From the NCBI GenBank assembly GCA_013265495.1, contig MU058244.1:250001-314000 (forward strand): a stretch of DNA of 64,000 nucleotides. The letters run 5' to 3'. Position numbers and translations under genes: made by a program. Source of the DNA: Vicugna vicugna. Its lineage: Eukaryota. Below are positions 10,955-24,806 of the stretch, piece by piece. The notes under the pieces are model-generated. The model did not search any database, was not told the origin of the DNA, and was given only the letters and a program-made list of their open reading frames with translations. Within the stretch, counting starts at the first letter, position 1. Each line of letters opens with the position of its first letter.

Positions 10955-13093
10955 GAGGGGGCGGCCAGCAAGCTCCTCTGTGGCAGAGAAACCCAGAGGG
11001 GCATCCTCGGAGGACCCCGCTGGCCAGCTGCTGGCCCAGCCCCAGGAACTGGGCACCAGGGGCTGCCCACCCACGGCCCAGCTTCCAACCTCTGGCCTCA
11101 TTCAAGGACAGCACGGTCACTACACTCATACTACCTACAAACCCCTGGCCATTTCTCCGTCCACATGGGGGCGGGTAGGTCCACCTGGGCTCAAGGCCTT
11201 GGTGTTCAAAGCAACTACATCTGAGTTTGTCCCCTCCCAGCCCAGGATCTGTCTGGCCTCTTGTCTTCCTGCCCCTTCCCTCCCCAGCGTGGGGTGGCAG
11301 CTGTGGGCAGTGTTCTCTCTCCCTCCAGCCTTCCTCAGGCCCCTCCCCACAGTGGCCCTCCCGACCTCAGTGTCCTCCTTGTTCAGCTTTCCCACAGCAC
11401 CACCCAGGGAGACAAGCCCAGGCTGCTCTCTGGAGAGGGAGCTGATCTGGGACTTTAAAGTACAACACACTGAAAACCTAAGAACTCTGCAGCTGGTGCC
11501 CGTTAGAACCTGGAAAGCCATAAAGCCTGCATTTGCAGAAATCCTATTGGTGCCAAGAGTTGCAGGAGAGGGTCACAGTAAGGAACCTGAGATCACCCTG
11601 GGCTCCGATCTTCCTGGCCCGCTAGTCTAGCATCTCTCCACCTGCCTTCCTGGACAACTACACATGCTTCAAGGGCCCCTCCAAGTATCACCGCACCTGT
11701 GAGCCCTCCTTGACAAGGCTCGCTCACTCCTCCTTCTTGCTCTCACCTCCCCAAAGACTCCAGCCCACGGGCCCTCCAAGGTGTTCGGGGGGTAGCACCG
11801 TGCTGTCATCAGCGGGCCTGGGGTGCAGCTTAGAGCCTGGTCTCTTCATGATGGAGCTTGGAACCAGCAGTTCTGGAGAAGAGCTGGGCCTTGTAAAGGT
11901 GCTGGCAGCAGGGACTGGGATGGCCCAGGCTTCCAGAGGCCTGGACAGTGGGAACCCAGGACTGAGTGCTTTCCACTTTGTTACATCCAAGGTGCCCCAC
12001 AGGTGGGCGTCCTCGACCTACTTAGGTGAAGAAACTGACTTGGGACACAAGCCAGGAGTGTGGGTGTGATGTGCCCCAGAGCCTGACACTGTCCCCAGGT
12101 GACCTCGCAGAGCTGAAAGGCATGTAAGTGGAAAACCCGAAGCCACAGCCAGGGCCACACCCAGGGCTGTGAGGTTGGCCTGCAGGGGACCCTTGTGGGT
12201 CCCGCCGTCTTGGTGATGCTGGCTAACCCTCCCCTCACAGCCTTTCTGTGGACACCAGGGAGGGTGGCCTGTGTCCCACTGACACTTGGCCTCCCATGGA
12301 TGCTGGAGGGTCCCTGGCCTCCTGTCCCTTTGCAGAGGGGAACAGATGCAGCTCAGGAAGCAGGGAGGTGGGGTCGTTCCCTACACACCCCCAGATGTCT
12401 GGTCAGGGCTCCCTGGCTTCCGGCTGGTATGAACGGTATGAGGTCCCTAGAGCCCCTGGGATGGAGTCCCCACAGCATCTCCAGGCAGAGAACCACCAAA
12501 AGGCCAGATGTAGCAGTTAGGCCTGAAGCAGCTTTCCAGCTTTTCAAAAAAAAAAAAAAAAAAGGCAGAAACTTTCTCTCTAGGCCAAGGATAAATCAGC
12601 TAAGGGCAAACGCAGTACCATGATCATTTATCATCTCGAGCAGGAGAGGTACTGGGAACCCTGTCCTGGCCTCAGAACTCAAGGTCACAGCTTCTACTTT
12701 CCCTCATTATTTCTATTTTTAACGATTGTGCTTAGGCCTCTTGTAAAAATAGCAAGAGGTGAGAACATTTCAAGCGCTAACGTGCCCCTTTGTCAGAAAA
12801 CCGCAGGGATACAGGAAAAACCGGCCAGGATCTGGGCCACATGGCACAGAGTGCCCAGCGCCAGGGCGGGTGTCCTGCACTCCTCGTGCAGGTGAGTGAG
12901 CTCGGCCGTCAGGGCTGGTCAGGGAGGGGGCCCGGAGCAGTGGGTCCCTCTGAGACGCAGGTCCACGTGGCCAGGGGGCCCAGGTCTGGGGCCTGGACGG
13001 CAGGGGGAGCAGTGTCCGGGAGCTCGGACACCACAGTCCCCTTGCAAGGAAATCAGGACAGGCCCCTTTGGAAGGCAGCTGAAGGACAAGAAA

Positions 13094-13272
13094 CACACAC
13101 GTGTGCACAGACCTGGGTGAACGTGCACGTGTGCATACAGGCATGTGTGAATGCATATACAGATGCATGTGTGCGCCCTGTGATGGGTGTGCTCATGTGC
13201 ATGCATGTATGATATGTGTACATGTGTGTACATGTGCGCACATGTGTGTTAGTATGTGTATGCATGCACACA
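13094..13272. repeat. Alternating purine-pyrimidine (TG/CA/TA) simple repeat
   Basis: Directly visible. Confidence 0.85.
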
Positions 13273-15623
13273 GCCCCTCTAGGCCCGGAGGAGCAGGGCT
13301 TCTCTGCGGGGCAGGAGGCTGGGCATCGGCACCAGCCCGGAGCAGCTTCAGGCAGGCCCTGCCTCACCTGCCGTTAGGGTCACCTGGGCGGGTCAGGTGG
13401 GCTGGGCTCTGCGGGTCTGGAAAGGGTTAACCCTCCCCTGATGCTCTGGGCCCACAATCTGCCCTTCTTCCCAGCTCCATCTAAGACGCAGCATCTGCTC
13501 CAGGCTCAGGGCCAGATGGGGGGCCTAGAAAGAGAACAGAGGAGGGGCAGCAGCAGGACGGCCAGCTGGTCCCCCAGCCAGCACTCCGATGGCCCCCCCA
13601 CCTACCCCCAGCCATGCTGGCTAGGCTGTGGCCTACGTGGAAAGGACCCTCTGGGGCTAATGGTGGCTTTGTCCCTACACAGAGGCCTCAGTGAACCTTC
13701 TGGCCCACCAACCCCTTCGTGAACTGAGCAGACTCCACGAGGAGCTAGCCTCTGCCCTCAGCCCTCGCGCTTCTGAGTGCAGGCGTCACGGCCCTGCAGC
13801 CTGCGCAGCCTTTCTGAAAATCAGGACCTTAAAGCTAGTCGTCCCAGTTGACCCCACTAGGAAACTACTCAGTTGAAGAAACAAGCAAAAAAAAAAACCA
13901 AACGTAACAGCAACAACAAAAAGGCCTCCATTCCTAAAGGTACTTGTGCCTTTACCTGTAAAGTGTGTGGGGCGAAGGCAGCTTAAGCAGTTGAGGGATG
14001 GAGGGTGAGTCACGGCTCACGAGGTCACGGGGGCAGGACGCGGCTCCTTACAGTGACAGGCTCCAGAATGACCGGGAGCTTCAGAGAACAGTGTCGGTTA
14101 TGTGTTAAAACAGTGTTATACGTGCATGAAGCAGACGCCATGTGAAATGTGCACACTGGTGCTGAAAACGGTAGATGTGCGCAAACGTGAAAAGAAGTTT
14201 CAGCAGCAGGATTACGGGTGCGTGTTTTCCTCACATGCCTCTCTAACAGGAAGATCCAGGTTTTACCGACACGAGGAGATGGGAGGAGGCGAGGGCTGGG
14301 GTCGTGGAGGGAACAGAGGGTGGAGGGGCCAGGTGAGGGGCCCCCACCTCTGGGAGCCCCTTTCAGGGCTCACCATCACTAAAGAAACAAAGGTCAATGA
14401 TGATAACATTTCCTAAAATGATGATGGAGGAACCAATCATGGAGAAAAAATGTTAACGGCAATGGAAAATGAGGTGTGAGCATATGAACACTTTACCTTC
14501 AATCAGTTGTGATGAGGGAAACCAGTGCCTCCAGCTGTTGTCTGGTGACAAGATGCACTCCCCGCCCCCGTCCTGGCCGTCACTTACGGGGGCTTGACGG
14601 CAGGAGCAAATCCCCACCAGCTTGTTTCACGACTCGTTAAGCAAGCACAGCAGACACAGTCCTGCTTCTGGCATTAAGGAGATTTCGAAGCCTATGCAGG
14701 GCTAACGATGCTGGATTAGCAAAGGTCAGAGCGAACATTAATGGAAATCTTAGAACGTTAATGGGAGTCTTAGCTGCACAGAGTCAGGGTCCCCCTTCCT
14801 CCTCTGGCAGGGGTGTAGGTGCTACTAGAAGCCAGGCCGGAACCCACCCGAAGAGGACGCTGCTCGACGGCCTAACGCACTGGGGACGGCAAGGCTGGAG
14901 CCTCAGCTGGGACAGGCGCACCTGTGTCCCGGGTGGCAGCACCAGCCCCAGGAGGCTTTTTTTCGACAAAAGCCACATCCAAAGATTCCACACAAACAGG
15001 GTTTCCCCCTGGGGCAGGGGCAGCTCACGTGCATTTCCCCTTGAAAATAACCCTCTTGATTTTCAACATATAAGTGTTTTCGATTCAATGATTTTATGCC
15101 TTTTTTAAAAGGACGAGGACCTATAAGTGAAAGTGGATAGAACATCAAAATGGAGCTGCTGAGGGAGTTGCGAGGGGTGGGGGCCTGGAGTCCCTCGCCC
15201 CCAGTCTTGGTGGGCCAGGGACCGCCGCAGCTCTGCAGGACCCGAGGGACCCCCGCCAGAGACCCTGGTCCCTCCGACGTGTGAGGGGTCTGGGTGAGCA
15301 TGCGCCCCCGAGCCTTGGAGACAGACCTCTCCAGCTGACAGGACCACAGGTCTGAGCAGAGAGGAGAGGCGTGCTTTTTGAGATGGCCGGCTCCAGGGAG
15401 AGGTAGCCTGGGCGGGTCTGGGTGACACTTTTGGGGGGACTTCTGGGGAGCAAAGTCAAACCAAGGGGACAGTTCTGGGGGGAGGGAGGATGGGGGTAGG
15501 TGGGTCCCTTCTGTGGACCTCTAGGTCCGTCTGTCCCCCACAGTCCAACTCCTGGAAGTTTTCAGTGACCTGAGCTATAAAATGGTTGTTTTAATTTTTT
15601 TTTTGTCTGATATGAGGCTTAGC

Positions 15624-15915
15624 TGCTGCATTGGGCAGAATGTGCACGTCCCCAAAATTCATGGGTGAAGTCCTAACCCCAACGTGATGGCATTTGGAGG
15701 TGGAGCCCTTGGGAGTTGACTAGGCCCTGAGGACAGGGCCCTCATGAACGGGACTAGTGCCCCTGCAAGGAGAGACGGGGGTCCCCCCGCCCCTTCCACC
15801 AAATGAGGGTGCAGCAAGGAGACGGCCGTCCCTGACCAGGAAGTGGGCCCTCTCTTGACTGCTGGCACCCTGATCTCGCGCCTCCAGACCCGTGAGGAAT
15901 AAACACCAGCTGTGG
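15624..15915 (+). mobile_element. MaLR LTR relic (MLT1A-like)
   Basis: 'ccccaaaattcatgggtgaagtcctaaccccaacgtgatggcatttggaggtggagcc...gctggcaccctgatctc...gtgaggaataaa' follows the MLT1A layout. Confidence 0.8.
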
Positions 15916-17624
15916 AATGTCTGGCGTATGCACAGGGGAGCAGAGACTCCCGCTCGGGGTCGCTTGCTGGGAACAGGTGCAGCCTCACCCAGCGCTCGTG
16001 GCCTCAGCCACTAACGAATACCCTCGGTTTTTGACCGCCAGCGAACGCGGGAGTCGCCTGAGGGAGTCTGCTAAATGCAGACTGTCGGCCCCCACCATTG
16101 ACTCTGTTCCGTGGGCCACAGGAGCCTGCATTTCCCACAACATCGTGGGTAGCTCCGGTGCAGACCATACTGTAAAGGAGATGAAGTCTACTCTGACATC
16201 GGCTGCCCTTGATCATCCATGATTATATCTGCTCCCAAAATCCTTGCCAAGCATCACAGCCTCGAGCTCTGTCACCACGTCCCCACAGGGAGGAGGGTCG
16301 GGGAGCTGACCCAGCCCCGCCCCAGGGTCTCCCCCAGGCAGGCCTGAAGGGGCTGCGTCTGACCTCTGTGCGGGCCCTCCAGACCCCGCTGGGGACACAG
16401 GTGTACCCCCTCCCACGAGGCCTTTTGTCGGGAAGGCCCTCTCATGCTGTGGGACTCCATCTGTGATGAGTCTCAGAGGAGGTCCTGGTCCCTCACTGGT
16501 GGACGTGTGGCTCCTGCAACTGGATGGGGAGAAAATGCTGTGTATGCACGTCCTTCAGGTGCGGTTTTGCCTCCACCTTCTCCTCACTTGACTCCAGCTG
16601 GTGTGTGCCCCACTGTTCTGTCCTGCTTGCGTTTCCGGGGGCCCAGATGGCCCCAGCCTGGACTGAGGTGGGCACCAGAACAGACCAGCTCGAAGCCCTG
16701 CCCGTGGAGAAGGGGTTCTGTTTAGACCTGAGAACTGCGCTGAAGTGAACAGCTCTGGTGGTCACAGCTTTGCTATTAAAATTCGTGTTTCGTGGGCTCT
16801 ATCTGAAGGAAAAGTAAACAATTAGGGTGAGTTGTGACACCTCTGTGTCCCCAAGAGGTGGGGCAGGCGGAGGAACCCTCGAGTGACCCCAGGGGAACTG
16901 CAGTCCTCGGTTTAAGGAATTTTAAGCGATGTAGACCAGTGGTGCTCAGGAGGGGTTAGAGTTACCTGTCGACCACAAGGGCCGGCCTGCCCCACGCCTC
17001 CCTCACGTGGCTGTGTGGCAAGGCCCCTTCTCCATCACCCTCTAATTTTGCCTGGTGGCAGTGGGTCTCACTCCTTCCCGAAACATCTCCCATCTGGCTG
17101 CAGCTCACCACATTTTCCTGTTTTTGTTTTTGTTCCTCTGGCCTGGCCAGCCTCCTCCTGACCTGGCAGCCTCAGCGTCCTGGCTCCATCCAGGCTCTTA
17201 TTCCCCAGCGTTGCCACCCTGCTCCTGGCGATGACCCCTCGGCTCCGAGCACTGACCTCTGCTCTCCAGAAGCAGCCTGAGGGAGCGTCGTCTCCCCAGA
17301 CTCCAGGTCCATGTGCCCACGGCCTGTGCGGCATCTCCTGCCGGTGGGGTGGCAGGCTGGCCATGTCCTCTCACACTTGCTGGACCCTGCTCTCCCGCAC
17401 ACAGCTTTCCCTTTGCGGGAGAGGCAGCTGCCTGGGGTCTGTCTGTCCACTCGTCTCTCCTCTGTCCTCCTCACGTCTGACTTGGACCCCTTCTCCCTGG
17501 CCGCACCTCCCCACAGGGTCAGAGCTGCTGCCCCTCACCCCTCTGTCCTCCTTCCCCCGGTAATCAGGGCGTCCCCCCCTCTTGGGGGCGTCCCCTCTTC
17601 ACCAGAGGAAAGAAGGGTGAAGTC

Positions 17625-18350
17625 CTTGTGACAGGGGCTGTGGGTCCAAGCCCTGGCCCAGGAGGAGCCCTGCCCTCCCGCACGCACACTCACGCTCACT
17701 TCCCACACCAGCTCGGTGTGCCGTGCTCCAGCTCAGTGCCGACTCCGTCTGCCCGGAGAGGACGTCAGACCCCACAGGGGCCAGGCCCAGTGGGACGGCC
17801 CCCGCTTCACACGCCAGTGGTGGGCTCCAGGTTGTCACCTGCGCTTCCGACCGGCCAGCGGTAGCAGGGGCCCCGGCCCCCTCTTTAGGCTCAGTAATCT
17901 GTCAGAGCAGCTCCCAGAACTCAGGGAAGCACGCACGCACGCGTCCTGGCTTATTCTAGTAGAGGCTGTGATCTAGGACACGGGCGCAGAGGCACAGGGC
18001 CGAGGTCCGGAGGATTCTGGAGCATAGACCCCTCACCCCTCTGGGGTCCGGGCACCGCCCTCCCAGCCAGGGGCGTGCTCCCCACCCGGAAGCTCTCTGG
18101 GGTTTTGTGGTGGCTTCGTCACGCAGACATGATCAGTTCCTAACTCTAGTTCTGGCCCGTTCGCCTCCCTGGACAATGCGGGCTGGGACTGAGCGTCCCA
18201 AGCCCCTAATCCAGGTCTGGTCTTTCAGGTGACCGGTCCCAAAGCTATCCAGGACTCACCGAGAGCCACTGCTTTGGAACAAAAGGCGTTCTTATCACCC
18301 AGGAAATTCCAAGGAGCTCTGTGTTAGGAACACAGGTCCAAGTCCAGACA
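17625..18350 (-). mobile_element. MER21-like LTR relic
   Basis: Motifs 'gtcagaccccacagg', 'gagcagctcccagaactcagggaa', 'ttatcacccaggaaattccaagg'; boundaries approximate. Confidence 0.7.
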
Positions 18351-18699
18351 GGAGACCTTCACCATCCAGGACATTACAAAGGCTTCAGGGCTCTGGCCAA
18401 GAAGCTCTGTTCTGCCACATTGTCACAGCCAAGAGCAACTCCTCCTCCCTCTCGCAGTGGCTGGTCTGTGCCTCACCGGAGACGTTCAGGTAGGAACACG
18501 GCCACCTGAATTACTGACACGTGTCCCAGACTCCCCTGCAGCCGTGTAGTGGTCAGGGAAGTTGGAGTTGAAGATATGTGAGCAGGAGGGGTGTCTGAGA
18601 GCCTCTGGAAACCTCACTGCCAGCTGGGGAATGGCAAGGTGTGAAGGCTGGAGCTCCAGCAGCCGCTTTGGGAGGGAGAACGGGGGCCGTGAGCGGGGG

Positions 18700-18846
18700 C
18701 GGAAGCCTCCCTGGTCACCAGTGACCTGCACATGAATGTCACAGGGACGCCAAGCTCCAGGCTTCCCTATGTGAACTAAGATGCCCGTCTGTCTTGTTTT
18801 AGACCCTGTCATTTTGGGTTTCTGTTTGTGCAGCTGAACCTAATCA
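18700..18846 (+). mobile_element. Ancient ERVL/MaLR LTR 3' end relic
   Basis: 'cttgttttagaccctgtcattttgggtttctgtttgtgcagctgaacctaatc' resembles the end of old MLT1/LTR16-type elements. Confidence 0.4.
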
Positions 18847-21800
18847 TGGGAGTGACAAACACTGGCCACATCCGGGATTATTCCAAGGCATTTGCTCCTC
18901 CAGGGACACAGGAGCCATCAGCAACCTCTGCCACATCCCCATCTTCACAGTCGCCCTCAGTCCCCAGGCTGTGACCCTGCTGGCTCCATACTCGGGAGGC
19001 ATCCCCTATGTGCTCCAGGAAGCCCACGGCACCGTCTCTGGTTCTGACTCAACGTTCACCTCTCCCCACAGTGCCCGTCCCCCGTCCGCCTAACTTAAAG
19101 TCCTGCCTTTCTGATCTTGTCAGTTGTAGAAAAATCAACTGAGTGATGTGGTCCAACATCCAGCTACTCACCAGGTAAGACCTCCTGGACCAGGGCCTTC
19201 TGCCCTGCAGACCAGGCCTTGATCGCAGCTTCTGGACTGTGGGTCCCGCTGAGACATGAACAGAGATGGAACCGTGAGGCAGAGGAGCCTGGGGGAAGCA
19301 GCCCACCTGCCCTCAGGCCGGGCCTCCTGTGACACTGGGCCTCCTGGTGCCCTTGGAGCGGGGGTGTGTCATCCCAGCTCTGGAAACAGGAAGGAGGCGA
19401 CCACCCATGGTCACGCAGCAGGGCACCTCAGGCCCATCCAACCCTGTGTTAACCCGTTGTGTTAACCACCTGCTCTGTGTAAACAGCTTTGGGTGTGAAC
19501 CACTGTGCAGCCTGTGCCCAGGTGCGGCTGCAAATTCCCCAGGACCTGAAATTTCTGCACCACTAGGGGCAGGATCACCTGCCCACAAGGCCTGAGTCCA
19601 ATGTGGGAGGAGGTCACCTGCACCTGGTTTCCAAAATGCAGCCACGCCACTCTCTGCCACGACAAACATGTCCCACGTAGAAAGCAGATCCTGGATGTTC
19701 CAGATGCCGGGGGCGGGACGTGAAGGAAAAAGAAACAAAGGCTCCTGAGAAAATCCACGTTCTCAGGCCGAGCTCTGCTGGGAAAGGCCAGGCGCTCCTC
19801 GCAGGCCCCTTGTGCCTGCAATCCAGCAGCTGGTTTGTGAACCGTAAAGCTGAGTGTGCTCACTGATGATATTTTAGGTTTTGTTGAAATTCATCTTTCA
19901 TAATAATCCAACAACGGGCCACATCGTGTTTACAGCCTCAGAAAGCGAGGGCGAGTGTCCTGTCTTATAATGGCCCCGCAACGTTCGTTTTCCTTTAATT
20001 ATGCCTGGAGAGACACTGCCCGTGTGGATGGCAGACGGCACGTAGGGAAAGTAGCCACTGATGAGACCTGAGTGGGAGGCCACACAGGCTGCCTCCTTAC
20101 TCCAGGGAGGATCTGAACATGATCAGAAAGCCCTGTGCCCTCCTGTCCCCCAGGCCCACACACACATGGTGGGTCAGTCCTGAGAGGAGGCTGGCCACAG
20201 GACCCTGGCACATGGCAGCTTTTCCTGGCTGCACAACCCTCCCCCCCCCACCCCTACTTTATGTCTCTGGGATTATCCTGTGAGCTAAACCCACTGTCAC
20301 AAACACACCCCTTGTACACTACATGGTGGGTTCCATTCAGGAGCAGCTCGGGAAAATTGTCCACGGTGAAACCCTCAAGGTCCTCCACCCCTGCTCGGGA
20401 GAGCTTCCAGCCCAGCCCAGGCTTGGCATTTTCAGGGGTGACCCTAGCCCTCCACCCACACAGTGTGTCTTGGGCAGGGGCCCATCACCTGCCAGCCTTC
20501 TGCCACTTCAGGAGTGCCCGTGAACCAGCGTCCCCTCAGGCCAGACGACCCCAAATATCTCTAGAAGCAACAGACCTTTGAGGTGCAGCTGCAGGGCCCC
20601 CTCAGCTCCCGAGTATGCCCAGGTGCAGGACAGAGCAGGTCCAGACCAGGAGGGAGGATGGCTCGGCCATGGCCACAGGCAGAGCCCTGGAGTGTCAGGA
20701 CGATGAGAGAGAGGGCCAGGTGGCTGGCCAGGACCAGCCCTTAGAGACTGCTGAGAAGGAGGCTGTCCTGTGTCGTCTTAATCTCAGCCACAAGTCATTT
20801 CCGGCAAGTAAGCGGGGGTGAGAACATGTGGGTACCCCCCACTCACCACTGCATCTGCCCTGATGGAAGCCCTGGAACAGGGGGAAGGTCCCAGAGCAGG
20901 GAGACGGGAGCCCAGCCCAGAAGACTCCGAGCAGGCCTGCCCACTCCCCCAGCGCAGGCGGCTGTAGCCGCGGGCCAAGTTTTAACAGCCGGCTCTCGGG
21001 GACAGAGACGTATGCCGGTAAGCCTATCATAAGTCTTAGTAAATTATCTGAAGCACACAGTCTGCAAATAATTTCCAAAGAATGCACAATATTCTTCGCT
21101 ATACGCTCTGTACAAACAGCCGATTCTCACTGAACACTTCTGTTGACTTTCGGTGAACTCTTGTGTCTATAGGGAACCTCTGGCTGTAACTGACCAGTGA
21201 GGGTTGTTCCCACACAAGAGTTTGTGGGTTTTTCTTTCTTTTTTTTGCTTTGATGGATAAGATCAAAATGAAGCCACAAAACCAAGTCTGGTCTTCTGCT
21301 TGTCAACGAGCTCTTGGCTGAATTGGGTTATTTTTCTAATACCAAAAGGGTATTTCCTCCATTTTCTCGTGCTGTTCAAGTGTGCTGGCTTCAACATGGT
21401 TTTAGTTTAATCCACGCTGCTAACGTGTTCTCTGTCCCTTTCTTAAGTCAAGACGCTCCACAAAGCGACAAATCAAAGGCTGACCTGCAGGTGCCAGCGT
21501 GGGGTGGAAACACTCCCATTGTGACCCAGTTCAGGCCCACCTCACAGGACCGACGTGGAGGGGGAGGGTGGTCTGCAGCCAGCGCGGTGACACCAGGACG
21601 GGGAACCCCACGCATGGGGTGTCTCAGGCATGCACACTATGCACCCCACACCGAGACCAAGGGGGTTAATTATGGTTACAGAACAAAAGGCATGTCTATC
21701 AGCCTCAGAATATAAAAGTAACCATCTGGGAGAGGAAAGGACAGGGGTGGGGCGGGGGCAAGGCACCGACCTCAACTTGCAGAGTGGGCACCGCAGATGC

Positions 21801-22676
21801 TGTCGGAAACAGACAAAAAACAGGCCTGTGCGTGCCCACTTACAGCAACTTCCGTGGCTCCTGCCGTGTGGGCGCGGCTACCACGCGGGTTCCCTCCCTG
21901 GGGCCCGGGCACCGCTGTGGTGCTGCCCAGTGTGTTCACTCTCATCTTCCTCTCGGCTGCGCCCCTCACCCGCTCTGGGCCCCGGCCCAGGACGCCCATC
22001 TGTTAGTCACTCACTACTCCTCCCATTTGCCAAGCCCCTCTTACGCCCTAAAACAGCTTTTCTTTATTAAAATCTGCTTATTCCAAAACTCTTAGACAGC
22101 ATTGTAATTACTAGTTTTAAACATTAGCCAGAGGATTGTAGATAAAACAGAAATTACTTCCCAAAGAAATTTCATCTACAAATACACCAGTTTCCAGTCT
22201 CACTTTGCCCTAGTGACGCTGTCAGCGGGAACTCGGGACCTGCCTCAGGCGAAGGGCGTTTCTCAGGCCTCCTCACCTCATTCACAGGATCACCCAAGGA
22301 GTGATGCAGAGAGAGCTGGGGACCCGGCCATCCAGGTGAACGTTCCTGCTCGTGGGGCCTGCAGAGCCTGTGCCAAAGAGCCTCCCTGGACCCCTGACCC
22401 TTTTGCTCTCAGACTCCAGTCACTGGTTCTGGAAGCAGCTGTGGAGACAGCCGATGGACCGGTCCGCCCAGCAGGGCTACTTAGCTCCATTAGAGCGACT
22501 GACCCGCACTCGATCTCATTCTCCATTCCCAGCAGTGAAAATGATGGCGTTGTTAAACGCCCCACATCACAGTGAATTCTAGTGAGCCAACGAAAGCTGA
22601 GTGCACTAAAATCCTGGTCAGCGGGAACTGGAACAGCCAGACCTGCCTTGCTGTTTCCTTTTCTAAGAGAGAGAAC

Positions 22677-22868
22677 GGGGGAGGGTGCAGCTGAAGTGTT
22701 AGAGGACATGCTTAACACGCACGAGGTCTTGGGTTCAATTCCCAGTCCCTCCTCTAAAAGTAAATAAGTAAATAACCCTAATTACCCCACCCTAAAAAAA
22801 AACTTAAAAAAGGAAACAGGAGAACTTAATAAAGGAAAAATATTAAATATAAAATTAAAAAATAATTT
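22677..22868 (+). mobile_element. tRNA-derived SINE (camelid Vic-1-like)
   Basis: GGGGGAGGGTGCAGCTGAAGTG head, B box GGTTCAATTCC, 'taaataaccctaattacccc' body, A-rich tail, approximate TSD AAGAGA(A)AGAGA. Confidence 0.88.
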
Positions 22869-23794
22869 AAGAGAAAGAGATCAAGCAGAAATACAATCTA
22901 AAAGTTTATATTACAAATTTCGGACAACATTCTTGGATCTTGGATTGGTCTAGCATCGCCCTCACCTGCAGTGCAGGGCACATTCAAATTTGCCCTCGGG
23001 GACCATGCTTTGGCTGGCTGGCACCTCAGTCCTGCCAGGCCGCCGTCGGCTTCACCACTCCCCACTCTGCTCCCCCCCACTGCCCTCTCCTCCTGCCTCT
23101 CTGCTCATTTCTAACACTGAAGGCCTACCTTTGTCTCCATCCTCTTTCAGGAGTACACCACTCCCGCCTATGAGAGCGTTAGGGCAGGACATACCTTCCA
23201 CCCACCCCGTATCAGGACCCATGCACCTCACAGCCATGGCCCCCAAATTCTCAAGAAACATAACTGATGACAGGCTTGGGTGTCTCACGGGGGATGTGGA
23301 GAGCGGATGCTGTCTGGCAGCCACAGGGCATGTCCCAGCTGAGCAGAGGCCTCTGTAACCCACCCAGCCCACCCCCACCCAAAGGGGCCCCTCTGCCAGA
23401 CTGCAGGAGCTTGTGCAGCGATGGCAGCCCCTCCCCACCATCACTGTGCAGTGTGATTCTCACCACCCCCTCTCCTCTGGCCCCTCCTACCCATCCTCAG
23501 GACAGTGATTCACCAAGCACCCCCAGAGACAAGGAAGGCTGCCCTTCGGAGGGCAAGGTCTCAGGGCGGGGGGAGCAGCAGGGGGCGGCAAGAATTGCCA
23601 CTCACTCCAGCTCACCCTGGACGGGCAGCCTCCCCATAACCCTCCTAGTTGATGCCTCAGGGCCTGTTCCCGCATCTGAAAGTGGAAATGACCCCCAGAG
23701 TCCCCTGTGGTGTGAAGCCCTTCATCAAACTGTCCTGGCCAAGCTGTCCTGGCTGGGGCCACTCACGCCTGGCCCAGAGGGTCTCCGCCCATTC

Positions 23795-24435
23795 TGATAC
23801 AGGAAAAACGGACGTGGGGCAAGAGGGCTGCGTTTCAGGTCTTGGTGGAGCCTGGGACGTGCCTCGCCAAGTGTGGGTCCTTGGCTTCGTGCAGGAATGA
23901 ATTCAAGAGCGAGCCACAGCTGAGTAAAGGTAGATTTATTTAGAGAGATACATACTCCACAGAGTGCAGGCTGTTTCAGAAGGCAAGAGGGAGGCCACGA
24001 GGTGTGGGGGTTGGGTGCTCAGGTTAAAGTAAAAGTAGGTAGACGCTCCACAGACAGAGTGCAGAGCAAGAGAGGCGGCCACGAGGTGCGGTGTTGCTGG
24101 TTTTTATGGGCTCAGCAGCTCCACATGCTAAGAAGTGGGACGACCATTCCACCTACCCCGGGGAAGCGGCTGGGGCTCCCAGGAATCTGGCCACTGCCCA
24201 CTCTTTGACTTTCTGTGGTCAGCGTTGGAGCTGCCATGGTGCCTGTGGGCATGTTATTCACCATGCTAATGTATTACAATGAGCATATAATGAAGCTCAA
24301 GTTCACTAGAAGTCAGATCTGCCATCTCGAGCCTCGAGCCTCGAGGCCGACTGGGGGTTGAATCTTTGACCATTTTGGTGTTATATGCTGTCATTTCTTG
24401 AATGGCCATGCCCTGCCCCCTTCATTCCTGTCTCA
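23795..24435 (-). mobile_element. ERV1-class solo LTR, family X copy 2
   Basis: TG...CA termini; 4-bp TSD ATTC (23791-23794, 24436-24439); homologous to 10322-10954. Confidence 0.92.
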
Positions 24436-24806
24436 ATTCCCCAGGGTCTCCTTCCCCAAAGCTCTTTCCTGGTCCCCCGAGACCCCACACTCCCTTTGAC
24501 CCCGACACTTCCTGCAGAGCCCTGGGAAGGGAGAACTCCCCCTCGCCTCCAAACAAAACAAAAAAATCCAGCAAGAAAGTGAGGACCTTGGTTGGTCGAG
24601 GACCTTTAGAACCTAAATGAGGCTAAGATGGACAGTGGTATCGAGGCCACTAGGACACAGTGAAGTGATGACTGTTCCTAAGTGCATACAAGAAAGACCA
24701 TTAGCTTTCACTTGGTAGAGAAAACTTTAGGCTAAAAATTAGAAACTACAAGTATTTTGCGTTCATGTTTTGGGGGGCATAACCCGCAGTTAGAAGCTTA
24801 AACTCA

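Noticed and set aside
22677..22755. tRNA gene-like sequence (also ~28885-28959)
   Set aside because: Followed by SINE body, A-rich tail and TSD; these are tRNA-derived SINEs, not tRNA genes.
10955..23794. Possible provirus between the two family-X LTRs
   Set aside because: Each LTR has its own distinct TSD, no gag/pol/env remnants are recognisable, and the interval holds older unrelated repeats.
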